A DNA stretch of 64,000 bases, taken from Eledone cirrhosa (Eukaryota). Below are positions 27,732 through 40,399 of this stretch, piece after piece (positions within the stretch are counted from its first letter, which is position 1; every line of letters begins with the position of its first letter). The notes beneath the pieces are model-generated. The model did no database searches. It saw only the letters and a program-made list of their open reading frames with translations, and was not told the DNA's origin. A program made the translations under genes and the position numbers. The stretch lies in contig OZ024740.1 in assembly GCA_964016885.1 (NCBI GenBank), positions 122,016,001 to 122,080,000 of the forward strand. The letters are read 5' to 3'.

Positions 27732-30152
27732 CTGCTTTCATTCATTACTGTATCAAATTTCTGCGAGTTTGGGTTTGTTACAGCTGATGTGTGCAATTGA
27801 GTAGCATGATTTTCATTCACTGTTGAGCCATGACCTGGTTTCTGCATTTTTGGGAAATGGTTTTCATACCCTGCTGAGCTTGGTCCTAGTGGTGTGGGTT
27901 CAGTAGTATTTATGCGAATTGTAACCTTCCGGTGCATGAATTTGCAATTCTCGTCAAAACATTCTTTTTTTCTCAGCGTATTGCGGCACATCTTTGGGTG
28001 AAGGAGTTCACATTCTCGGCCATTTTGGCATCCTTTTGTTCGATCAGTACCGAAGTTGATATATGGTTTGCATAGTTTGGGGTGACTGTACGTGCACCCT
28101 TTACCTGAATGACCATGTTTGCACTTGTTGCTCCTGTAATGGATACATACTGGCCTTTCTTCATTTGAGCGTTTGCTCTGAATCTGTTTCTTTTCGTGGG
28201 AAGTTTGGTCTTTTTCTGCAGGATCTCCTGTTTCTTGTTTTGTAGGTGTTTGCATGTTATTGTCTTCATTCTTGTCATTTACAAGAGGCACTTGGATGGC
28301 CTGTGTGTGGCAGGATTTATTTGCCATGTCAGTTTCGCCAATCAATGTCTGTTTAGAACGGCCTGTCTGTGGTAGGGTCCTAGGTTCATTCGTTATTGTG
28401 GCCCTTGGTGAACAATAACCGCATAGCCAGTGTAGGCCTAGAATATCTGGAATGGTGTGGTTATTTATATTTTTTAAGTAGCACGCTTCGTGTATTCCTT
28501 GTCCACAGATGAAGCATGCCAAAGCTGGTTTTTGGCCAAATGTAATGCAATACTGTTTGTCACACATTTTGCAAGTCTCCGGGAGGAAGTTTTCAATCCT
28601 TGTCATAATCCAGTTGGTGATGTTTGATTTTCTGAGCTCAACTTGAACACCAGCATTCAAGAAAGCTGCTGCTTTCTTTAACATCGTAAACTTACAGTTT
28701 ATGAAAATATTTTTGTATATTGCTCCACTTTCCTGTTTGATATCATATTTCGACAAGACACTTTTTATATCTTGATTTTGTGTTGATGAGATGATTTTCA
28801 ATATGATGTCTGTGGCCAGGCAAGTGTTGCACTCTGAGCTGGCAGTCCGTGGATTTCCGTTACCCGTCATCGTTTATGTGGGCGGTGGATTGTGAATAGC
28901 TTGAGATTTAGAATTATTTGACTTGAATGGAGAGGGGGAAAGAAGCAGTGGTTGATTTTGTACACTGGCTGAGATAGTAGTAGTAGTAGCAATGGTAATT
29001 GAGTTGTTAGTGGTGCTATGGTGGTGGGGATATGGAGGAAGTAAGAGTGGTTGGGATGGGTCACTGGCGAGGTAGAATGGAATGTTTGGCTTTGGCCACT
29101 AGGAGTAGTAGCAGGAGGAGGAGGGAGAGAAGATGAAGAAGGGGAAGTAGCAGTAGAAGATGGAAACAATGATGATGACGATAATGACGACGATGATGGT
29201 GATGGCAGTGAGTCTATTAGTTCTTTTAGCTGCTGATGTGAATATTGTAGTTGTATCCACTTCAATATATGACCAGTTGCGATATTTAAAGATGTGTTTT
29301 TTGTTACTGTTGCTGTTGTTGTGAACTATTTATTGTTTTTCAGTGTCTTCGATTCGTTGTTGATCACTTAACCAAGTTGTTTGTGCAACAAAATATATAG
29401 ATAATAACATTAAATGGGCTGTAGTGAGTAAAAAAATTTCGGGCTAGTTTATCCAAGTGGTGACAGGTTTCTCACAGTGAGATACGAAGCAGAGTTATTA
29501 AAGAGATGGCCAACTCTTTTAGCAATGAAATTGAAGTTTGAGGCATGTATGTTATCGGTTTGAAAGAGAATGAACCATGAGTTAATGAAAGTATCCACTT
29601 CAATATACCACCAGTTGCGATATTTAAAGATGTGTTTTTTGTTGTTGTTTTTTATTACTGTTGTTGTGAACTACTTATTGTTTTTCAGTGTCTTCGATTC
29701 GTTGTTGATCACTTAACCGAGTTGTTTGTGCAACAAGAAATATAGATAATAACAGTAAATATAGGTAATAAATATAGGTAATGGCAAATAAGGATAGAAA
29801 TATTCAAAATATTAACTTCTGTGGTGTATTGAACAGTAGGAGACAATAATACTGGTATATGTTATAATTCTGAGATAATGTAAACTATTGTGTGTTTGTT
29901 AATAGGAATATTGTGTACTTACGAATAATTATTATTATCGTTATAGTATTATATCTTTCATAATACGTGTTCACGATACAAAACCGTAGCTTTCACTGGA
30001 ATTAAGGCTTTGTCGTTTTTGAGAAGGAAGAATTTTCAGTTGAGTTTTCAGTTGAAAATTGTAAAGTTGGGTTCATATGTATTCTGTTCCAACAGCTACT
30101 TACTGGTCAGAGTGAGCTGAAACACGTCTTGTTAGTTGGGAAGTCTACAGCT
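26080..30152 (-). mobile_element. CR1/L2-type LINE, 5' end intact (long 5' UTR, ORF1, ORF2 endonuclease), truncated before the RT core
   Basis: ORF1 and APE-domain ORF2 in tandem. The 5' UTR contains a roughly 160-bp direct repeat (about 29252 and 29591). LINE-like protein sequence ends shortly after SAAGPDGFNAMILKNCK. Confidence 0.9.
27512..28870 (-). CDS. LINE ORF1 protein with PHD finger and three CCCH zinc fingers
   Basis: 452-aa open frame. C4HC3 PHD pattern CKMC...CFIC...HEAC...WLCGYC, followed by three CCCH motifs (CIHYRSNKCKHGHSGKGCTYSH; CKPYINFGTDRTKGCQNGRECELLH; CRNTLRKKECFDENCKFMH) and a Gln-rich tail. Confidence 0.85.
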   Translation of the reverse strand: MTGNGNPRTASSECNTCLATDIILKIISSTQNQDIKSVLSKYDIKQESGAIYKNIFINCKFTMLKKAAAFLNAGVQVELRKSNITNWIMTRIENFLPETCKMCDKQYCITFGQKPALACFICGQGIHEACYLKNINNHTIPDILGLHWLCGYCSPRATITNEPRTLPQTGRSKQTLIGETDMANKSCHTQAIQVPLVNDKNEDNNMQTPTKQETGDPAEKDQTSHEKKQIQSKRSNEERPVCIHYRSNKCKHGHSGKGCTYSHPKLCKPYINFGTDRTKGCQNGRECELLHPKMCRNTLRKKECFDENCKFMHRKVTIRINTTEPTPLGPSSAGYENHFPKMQKPGHGSTVNENHATQLHTSAVTNPNSQKFDTVMNESSFLGIIYQLQQQLYSIQITQQNQATLIQRLTPGLTGHIQQIQTAQQTEYPVSTVPTTTTVLPTIGQMYPVQQA

Positions 30153-32002
30153 ATATATGTATATATATATATACAGCATTACCCATCAAATCTCTGATTC
30201 GGTATTAAGTACTCTTTCCAATTATAGTGTCGTTGTCATTCGATGTTGCTGGTAATTTCAAAGGTAACTGTGTGAGAACCTATTGTTAGATATCTATCGA
30301 CAACTGAATCCTTGCACAAATGTATGGCAATTTTGTTTAAGCACAAAAGAAAATTACTCTTGTAAATTGCAGGCGGTTAATTGTCAAAAGGTTCTGATGC
30401 TTTGTTTTCATCAATCCTGGTAACATCTGTCTATATATATAGCATATAATGAGTTAAAGAGTACAACTTGTTTAAAATGCGATTTAATAAAACCTAAATA
30501 ACGTCAATTTTTGTAAATGAAACATAACAAGAATAATGTTTGAAGTTGTATTTCTAAACAATTGGAATACACATAGATTTGAAGGTTCATCGTTTGTTAA
30601 CATTTCTTAAATCGTATGATATATTACATTCCTCCTTACGTAATCAATATTGACGTGAGATTTTCCTGACGGGAGACCTTAAGTTTTACTAACCGTCATT
30701 ACAACATTTTTCATATTGTTGCTTAGCTTAACCGATTCGATAGGTCGTCAAGTTCATGTCAATATTAATTAATCTAATATATGTAAAATAATAAATACTG
30801 CTAAATGCCTTAATGTTCAGATCAGATTTTAAATTCGTTAAATTATCTAGAGTTTGCTTGAAGAAAATATATTATTTATAAATATACAATTACAGAAATA
30901 GTTTTTTTATACTGATATATTTGTGAGAATTAATGGAAGTAATTTGATGGAATATTTTACGTAGATATCCAGTAGCGACAGCAATACTTTGACTGTAGAC
31001 TATACATGGCTATAATGAAATACGTGGATTCAACTATGCTCGTCGGTAATATTCACGCTGCTACAAAGCTTAGGAATATTTACTACACCACATGATTATT
31101 TATCATACCATATCTGTATCCTATTTCTCATAATTACTTTCCGTAAATCACCACAGAAACTACAGAGAATGTAAACACATTGATGGATATACATTATCAA
31201 TTTGTTTGGAAAGGTTATAGAATCGAAGCTCTTCTAACATTTGAAAACAAATATATTTAACACGGCTACATTGTCTGGTGAAAGTTATTTCTAAAGGTCG
31301 AAGCCATAACGAAATAGCTAAAAGCAGATAAAAATTTAACTAATTTATCGATTGCCATAATTTCATTTTAAATTCATTTCCTATCAGATAACTTCTTACT
31401 ACAACGATTTCAACCTAAATAGTAAGCCGAATAAGATAGTTATTTTTTTACTTGCATTACAATAGAGTTTTATCTTTATTAAGGAGAGGCGCGGAATTAA
31501 CTTTTTAAATATGAAAATGCTGATAAATCCCGATCTGTATTTGAACACATACATACATATTGTTTCTGTTAGAGATAAATATTAATAGCCTTTGTATGAC
31601 GAGATACACATAAGCCAGGCCATTTTGCTTATCTACAGTATATGGATATACTTATTTTATGGCAACTGGTATAGTCAGAAAACATATTTAACAACCATAG
31701 TCACACAAAATGGCTAAAGAAATAATTTATACAAATTAGTAAGGGGATTTATACAAAATATTCAATAATAAGCTGTTTTCTATGACATAATCACTCCCCA
31801 ATGAATATCATATATTTAAAAACAAAATGTTCATAAGTGTGTAGCATATAGATCATTCTAGATGTTTTCGTTCAGTGCAATGAAATATGCATATTCTCGA
31901 AATATAAGTTGTCACAACACCAACATTTTCATGGAATCTACACCCTCGACGAACTTGCTAATAGAGATGATATTTGCTCAGGTCAACTCTTATTGAGACA
32001 GA

Positions 32003-32106
<104 letters not shown>

Positions 32107-32144
32107 ACTCTTCCTCTATCTCTCTCTCTCTTTTTCCCCCTCTC

Positions 32145-32189
<45 letters not shown>

Positions 32190-32204
32190 GTGTGTGTGTG
32201 TGAA

Positions 32205-32322
32205 ACAAAGAACAAAGAGGGTGTGGAAGGATGCCAGGTGGGCCATAACGCACCAGAGTATAGTTCGGATCTAGCTGTTTGAAACGGCCGGAGATTAGCC
32301 GTCGGGTTCCTGACTATTTTCA
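32205..32322. mobile_element. Rearranged member of the 14729/47603 short repeat family
   Basis: Contains the inverted tail (taacgcaccagagta) joined to ttcggatctagctgtttgaaacggccggagattagccgtcgggttcctgact, matching 47688-47745. Confidence 0.65.
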
Positions 32323-32368
32323 TATATATATATATAGTGAGAGATAGAGAAAGAGGGAGAAAGAGAGA

Positions 32369-32409
<41 letters not shown>

Positions 32410-33279
32410 AGAGAAAGAGAGGGAGAGAGAGAGAGAGTGCGCGTACGTATGCTTGTGTGTAAGTATTGTTTGGTCAAATTGTATTTTGTTCTTGCAAAAG
32501 TGATTCTTTAATACTTAGTCAGGTAGGTTTCAGCATCAAGTATAATGCATAATTTCCACGAGATATATGACGCATCGGAAATTATTTATTACGAACTCAT
32601 GAATGTTTGCTACAGTAATATCGGTGTTCGTGATGATTCCCCTCTTTCTGATCGCGAGCACCACTAGTACGCAGCAGAATTACATTTTTAGTAGTTACGC
32701 TAACACTAACGAGTGGTATTTAATTCCCACGCAGACACACACATAGACACACACACAAACAATATTGTCCCATTTCCTGACCAAACGATTCTGTTGTCAG
32801 AAATCAAACAAACAAATTAACAAAGTGTTTTGACTAATTTTGTTTTCAATAATACAATCAATGAGAGGTGAATTAAAATATTTCAACGATTCTCTCTCAT
32901 CCTTATGCTTCACTTTGCTTAATGAAAATTTATGGCTATATCAAAGAAATGTAATTACACTGCACTCTTACATTCCACGTTGGTATTGGTAATTTATTAA
33001 TATTATTATTCAAAACAGATCAGAGATTGATTTTAACGCCCTAAATATTAGATAAAAACATAAAAATTATGTTTATTAAATGAAAATGACCAACAACATT
33101 CCTAATAAAAACAAGGCCCAAAAGTTGTTTATAGCGAGAACATTTACATAATTAGTTCATTTGCCTCACGGAACAGCTGAAGCTCAGAGAAAGATGAAAA
33201 TAGATTATCAGAAAAAGGAAAAATCAAAGTTACTAAATGTTGACTCTTCTCCCTTCATCTGATTTTAATACAAATAATA

Positions 33280-33380
<101 letters not shown>

Positions 33381-33453
33381 GTGCGTATGTGTGTGAGTGC
33401 GTGTGTATATGCATGTATATGTATATTATATATATATATATATATATAAACAT

Positions 33454-33547
<94 letters not shown>

Positions 33548-33794
33548 GTATATTTAGAAACACACAGATACATGCGGGGACACAGATATATACATGAATG
33601 CATCCGCACCCAACTGTGAGTTGAGGGTGCCAACTTCACCGATGTTGCTCAATGAATGACTGGGACAGACCAATTCAGTTTGAACCAGACTGAACCAGTA
33701 TCAGCGTTATATCGCGTGACTATCTCCCCCTCCGCCTTTTGGGATTCTTTCTCACGTCGTGTAGACGCGTTCTTGAGACTAGTAAAATGAGGTA

Positions 33795-33882
33795 TCCTCT
33801 TGATAAGTCGGCAGACCTCGCAAGGACTCTATATCTTTGATATATTGTTTTTGTTTATGCCACGAAACTACGTAGTCGAGGA
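33795..33882 (+). ncRNA. Type I hammerhead, U3-A8 core variant (copy 1)
   Basis: tcctc-TTGATAA-gt(c)ggca...tgccac-GAAA-ctacgtag-TC-gagga. Palindromic stem III ACTACGTAGT; GUC site. Confidence 0.75.
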
Positions 33883-34385
33883 ATTTAGGAACAGTTTAGG
33901 TATGATACATTTTATTACTAATTATATCTAAATGTTTCTTCTCTCTTCATAATGTATTTTTAACTCTGATACTGGTTCAGTCTGGTTCAAACTGAATTGG
34001 TCTGTCCCAGTCATTCATTGAGCAACATCGGTGAAGTTGGCACCCTTAACTCACAGTTGGGTGCGGATGCATTCATGTATATATGTGTGTGTCCGCATGT
34101 ATCTGTGTGTTTCTAAATATATTAATAACTCCCTCTGGTCGAGCAATCTTTGAAGTGTGGGGACAACTGGAAAGCTTCCATTACTCATACTTCTCGCCTT
34201 CTTCACTACCTCTTCTACGGCCTCGATATGAATACCCCCTCCGCCTCCGTGGTATTTTCTTCGTGGTTATAAGAGGCTTAGCTCTGTTTCTCGACCGTTA
34301 TATCGCGTGACTATCTCCCCCTCCGCCTTTTGGGATTCTTTCTCACGTCGTGTAGACGCGTTCTTGAGACTAGTAAAATGAGGTA

Positions 34386-34473
34386 TCCTCTTGATAAGTC
34401 GGCAGACCTCGCAAGGACTCTATATCTTTGATATATTGTTTTTGTTTATGCCACGAAACTACGTAGTCGAGGA
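34386..34473 (+). ncRNA. Type I hammerhead, U3-A8 core variant (copy 2)
   Basis: Identical to 33795-33882, 591 bp downstream. Confidence 0.75.
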
Positions 34474-35035
34474 ATTTAGGAACAGTTTAGGTATGATACA
34501 TTTTATTACTAATTATATCTAAATGTTTCTTCTCTCTTCATAATGTATATATATATGTATGTATATATATATATATATATATAGGGAGAGAGTGTGAGAG
34601 AGAGATAGGGAGAGAGAGAGAGAGTGAGAGAGAGAAAGAGATAGAGAAAGAGAGACAATTCATGCTTATAGTGGCAGGTTGAAGGTAAGATTTTGACTAT
34701 GAAAAATAGTAGAACAATTGACTATATAAGCCCCTAGGTATGGAAATATTTTTCTCGATCCCCACAAGTGGGGCTCGACCATTTTGCTCCATATTCAGCT
34801 GCCGATACACTAAATGATGTAAATGTAACCAGTGTTACTCATACTGTCCATTTAAGTCGTTGCTTGAAAGCCCATTAGAATTCATCTCGATATTAGCTGG
34901 TGATGATTCTTTAGTTTCAACAAGTGCCTTTAGGTTCCAATGACGTGTACTCTGCAGAAATATAGTTTCCATTATGATGGCCATTATTGTGATTATCTTT
35001 ATCTTAGCATAGACACAAACATTATTTTAAAATGG

Positions 35036-35100
35036 ATAAATAAAGTACCAGTAATACACTGAGTAATTGCTGGCCTTGTGCCTAAAGTAGAAACAATTAT
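35036..35100 (+). mobile_element. 5'-truncated SINE copy with target-site duplication
   Basis: 3' end of the 58169 SINE; attattttaaaatggata is duplicated at 35021-35038 and 35096-35113. Confidence 0.85.
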
Positions 35101-36725
35101 TTTAAAATGGATACTATTTGTGTGTAGTTGGAATGTGTTAACTTGCAAGAGATACGGCTTTCCTAAGAATCTTATTTGTGGCATTTTAATTATGGCGCTG
35201 ATTACAAACGCTTATATCGTATCACCTGACTCTTCTAAATGGATAAATCTCTTCTGTTTATGGCTGTTACTTGGTTCTCTGTTATACCTGGCGATTGGTG
35301 GATAAAACAACATTATACCCATGATATATTTTATCACGTGACTCTACTATACTAAAGAGATCCTAGCTTACTAGCATGCAATAAAACACCACATAGTTAA
35401 GAGAATGCCCCCAAACCGCAGTCATTACGGACTCATGAGTGATTGGACACGTCATTTCGTGTCTATGAGACACCAGTAATAGCCGTATGAAACAGAATAA
35501 ATACAAACATGCATCTGTGTTTATCGGTGTACGTATGTAGCTTCCATCAATGTTGCATATTTTGTATATTAGTTTGTGTTAAAGTTAAATATAACATAAA
35601 TATATACACCAGTTTATGGTTGCATTTCAATTATATTTCTTTTATTTTGCTTTTTATTCATAAATTGAATGACTTTAAATAATAAAATATTGTGTAATTA
35701 GAGAAACAAAGTGTTATTGCTCTCCCTAAAATATTGATAGAGATATATCAATACACACGTTCATTAGTATGTGTCCAAGCAGGTCAAAGATATTTACCGG
35801 TTCAAAGAAGATATCATTAATGAGATACGTTCAGATCTCCTCGAAGTCTAATTATACTAATTATAATTACAACCTAATGATGTAAATGTTGAATATAAAT
35901 GTCCAGCGAATCAAGAAATTGTAATTTTTATATTAAATTGTTGGGAAGGAAATACACTTTCCGATGTTAAATGAATTAATTTTTGATTCAAACTATCATT
36001 ACAATTGATCTGCTCTTTTGGACACTAATGAATATCTAATTTGCTTAATACCAACAAAGATGGGACTGTCTACAGAAACTGATCTAAATATATGAATTTT
36101 TTTAATAAATCAATATATAGTTTATAGTGACCATTTGTGTCAAACCTCATGTGGAAACCTTTTGATTCCCTGAAACGCTCTGATTATAATGATAGCATAG
36201 ATGTATATTTTATCGATGATTCGTCACGCGTTCCATGTATATCGTGTTATAATACTACGTACACATTTTCAGTCAATTAAATTTAATCTATAGAAAAACT
36301 AACTATATGCGTATATAAACATTTGCATATTGCATAGGGTACATATGGCAAAATCAATCGGCCTCAATAGAGATTAGGGCATCATTAGCTATTAACAGTG
36401 AATTAAGATTAAATTGTATTAGCTAAGTAATAATATATTTTCACTTCTTCAGTTTACATGTTTAATGCTCAAGTTCTCAAATATTTAAAATATAGCACGA
36501 ATTGTTCTGAAGATAAGTTGACTCGCCTCTTCATAAAAATGATTTATAGATTAATGAAGTATAAACCTTTTGTTTGGGACGAAAATAAGTGCATTTAGAA
36601 CTGTCATAACTTGCATCATATGTGATGTGTTTAAGGGATTTGATTAGCGTTTGTTTATATTAGACACATATTACTATAATTACATTGAAACAGTAAAACT
36701 CTTTTATTACGACATGTACTATGAA

Positions 36726-36908
36726 GGGCGGTATATGTGTAAGGTCGGACGCCATGCTTTGCAGCACAGAGTTACAGCCCTTTATGATCTTAGTTCAAAT
36801 TCCATTGAGGTTAACTTTGCCTTTCATCCTTACGGGGTCGATAAAATAAAGTACCTGTTATCCATTGGGTTAATTGCTGGTCTTGGGCCAAAAGTAGGAA
36901 CAATTATC
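36726..36908 (+). mobile_element. tRNA-derived SINE copy (diverged)
   Basis: Matches 58169-58359 along most of its length. Confidence 0.85.
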
Positions 36909-37876
36909 ATATGTACCATGACAGAATGTTTACAACATGAGAAGGCTGTGTAAAAATGTATTTTTGTCTGTATAGTATTCTTTTCTTCACAGTGTCAATA
37001 TATCTTTGTCAGAAAATGAGGGCGTTCGTGGAAATATATCTCATGGTTTTAACAAACATTTGAAAGTGTAACAAACATCATAATGTAATGTCTGCTAACA
37101 TGACGATGCTGCTGTGACTAAAAGAAACATGTTAATGAAGGGCATTGTTGATATGATCCTGACTAATATATAGCTGGTATTTATTTTAACATATTCGATT
37201 ACATAGAATTTAACGTCACTTACATTAATAGCTAAAGGAAATGATTTCTATTCGATACAATTCTAGAATTCCTAAATTATTTGTTTCCCCATCCTCTTCA
37301 TCTCACTCAATGGAATTCAGTTTCTGTGCATCTTACTGCTAATTCTGTATTTCATTTTACCAAGCAACAGGCTTTCATACAATGCCTTACCTAAAATCCA
37401 ATTTTAATCGCAAGGCTTGGTATGGAACATTTCCCTAGCTTTCATGAAGTGGTATCTGAAGCAATGACCACAGAATGTTCAAGCACGCCTTTTAACCACC
37501 CACACATGCGTGTGTACAATAATAATATAGTATATGTGTATCTTTCTGAATTATAGAGTATTCAAGGAATATTGACAAAATTAATATGAGGTGGGCAGAA
37601 TTATCATTATTTAAGTCACATAAATATACAGAGATGCTCAAATTTGCTTCATTCCTTTCTTTCTTCTATATGTAAATATTGATTCCACAAAATAGTGCAA
37701 ATCACCACTGCACTCACAGGTACATGTAAATACTACAATGAAGTGATTTGTAAACCTGCTTAATTGGCCCTAATTGTTGTATTGTAGACGTTCTCGAAAC
37801 GGCATTGACAACTGAATATTCTCATAGCAAAATAACAACGTAACAAAGTACATCTGTGGTTGTATATGTGTGTGTG

Positions 37877-37949
<73 letters not shown>

Positions 37950-38169
37950 TTATGTATAGAAAGAGAGAGAGAGTGCGTGTGTGAGAGAGTAAGAGAGAGA
38001 GGGGGGAGCGAAGGAAAGGAAGAACAAATCCTCTAATTAATCGTAGTTTCAGACAATTCTCTATGCGCTGTTCTTTATGTTATCGTGTTTAGGACTTAAA
38101 ACACATTTTCAATGATGCGTACATTTGGTTACGAGCGTAGATTTAGTTGCACTCCAACATATATATATA

Positions 38170-38228
<59 letters not shown>

Positions 38229-39807
38229 TGTATTGAAATAACATCATTCTGCAAATAATTCTGAATTTAAGTACCTGGTAACATTTATATATAAACATAT
38301 ATATATATATATATTCTCCTTTCAGATCAATTTCAATTATTCAATATTGCAAATATGTAATATTGCATTTGATCGTATATAAAATAGATTATGTATTACT
38401 GCCATAATTTATTATTCTATTATTAGTAGTATTCGAATGAGTTAACCATACATTATTTATATAAATTCTATAATACTTATATATCTGAAGGTTTACTTGT
38501 TCAAGTTACCTGCTAATATTTAATGTAATATTACTGCAGGTACACATTGCTATTTCACTATAACGTGTTGGCTAAATAATATCATATACAATATGCATAT
38601 TTTTAGTTGAAATATTGGAATGCTAATACATATTTATATTATGAGAAATTTTAAAGAAAAAAAGAATAATACATCGCGAAGGAGTTTAATCTGCGTGCGT
38701 TTGAAATTCTTTTGTATCCAATGGCCTGTAAATCTATCGGTATATGATTGATTCACGCTGCCTGAAGCGGGATATACGTGGGGATTTAAGGTTGCAACGG
38801 ACTGGCGTCGGGGAGTGTCTTGTAATTCCAGGCGCCTCACGCCGTGGAAACGCGGATAAGCAACGGCTAGATTACCCTCCGGATTTGAGACATACTTTAG
38901 ATGTTATTTTATAAATAGGAAAAGCATATGCGTGTAAATAATTTTGAAAAATACATTAATTTCCCCTCTCTTCTGTTATTGTTGATTTTAGCCCTGTCAT
39001 TTCTGATGGAGGATGCCTATGATATATCACATTGCTTTTCTTAACACAATCTATATTTCTATATTGAATGCTACAAGTTCCAGATTATCTCTTCTTATTA
39101 AAACAGGTTGTTATTTGTTTCAGGTCAAACCAACTCTCAGTGGCGCCTTTATTAACTTGTCTGGTGTTAATCTTATATGTGTTGCCATATTAATTCACTG
39201 AAATTTTCTAAGAAAAGTTAAACACGATTTTAGATGTCAATATCTAAAATATTCACACGTTGTTAAGTAACAAAGACTTTATGAACACGCCTATATCTAA
39301 TTATAAATTATATGGAGACCTTGTAAAGTTTGTAATCACATTCTTATATGGCAAAATATCTCGTGCATACGTAAAAGCAGATCAATCTGAAATGACATAA
39401 CACCATATTTTCCCATCGCAACATAAACATAAATGTAAATACGTTAGTTTAATGATGAATACGAACACAAGGAAGTGAAGGATGACATAAAAGAAAAAAA
39501 GATGTTAAAAAATGATTAATAAATCAAATAGAATATAGAGTGATAGTAGATGATATTATGGATGATGATGATGATAATGTTGATGTTGATGTTGATAATA
39601 AAGACGGTGAAGATGATGCTTATGTAATTAATGTGGAGGGACAAGTAGCACATGATATTTGATATTAGAGGAAAATATATTTTAAATGTAAAAGGCAGCA
39701 ATAATTATAAACCTTATTGAAAAACTCCCTTATAATAAACAATTCCTGATAATTAAACATTATCTACCAGCAATTATAACAAATACAACAACCATAATAA
39801 TAAAGAC

Positions 39808-39840
39808 AGTAGCAGCAGCAGCAGCAGAAATAGCAGTAGC

Positions 39841-39896
<56 letters not shown>

Positions 39897-39920
39897 CAGC
39901 AGCAGCAGCAGCAGCAGCTA
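39808..39920. repeat. (AGT)n/(AGC)n trinucleotide microsatellite
   Basis: Seen directly. Confidence 0.95.
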
Positions 39921-40399
39921 CTGCAAAAGCAATTGTTTCTTTTATTGTCACCGTGCTGTCAAATGTTGGACATTAAGGGAGAGAGACAATTGATCTGCAT
40001 GTCGCATAAACTAAAACTATTACAAAAAGATACTTCAGTCTGGGCAATTACATCGTTTTTGAAAATCAGAAAGCAATTTCCTTAATAAAAACATAAAATC
40101 ATCATATGAGATAGGACGAGAGGGAGAGATAGCCACGATTGGCAAAAAACGTACTTTTCCAAGTGTCCTGTATTGTGCTAAGAGTAGTTCTTAAGTTAAT
40201 ACTAGAGAGCAATACTTCCCTCTTCACACGAACCAAAACCATTGTTTTCAATTGCGACTCATTAAAGTTGAGGGAAAACGTCGAGGTGGTGTATAATGAT
40301 GCTGATGATGACAATGATCATAAAACGAAAACCGATACATGTAATTAACAACAATAACAGTTATTGTTTGTTCATACTATGAAAATAAGTTCGTAAAGA

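Larger units (their letters stand above)
33550..34548 (+). mobile_element. 591-bp-unit partial tandem with 5' inverted arm and two variant hammerheads
   Basis: 33705-33957 is repeated essentially exactly at 34296-34548. 33550-33704 is the reverse complement of 33966-34120. Flanked by (TA)n; no credible ORF. Confidence 0.9.

Noticed and set aside
38634-38885. GC-richer stretch with a 68-aa minus-strand ORF as a coding exon
   Set aside because: No recognisable homology or clear splice boundaries; could be UTR or regulatory DNA.
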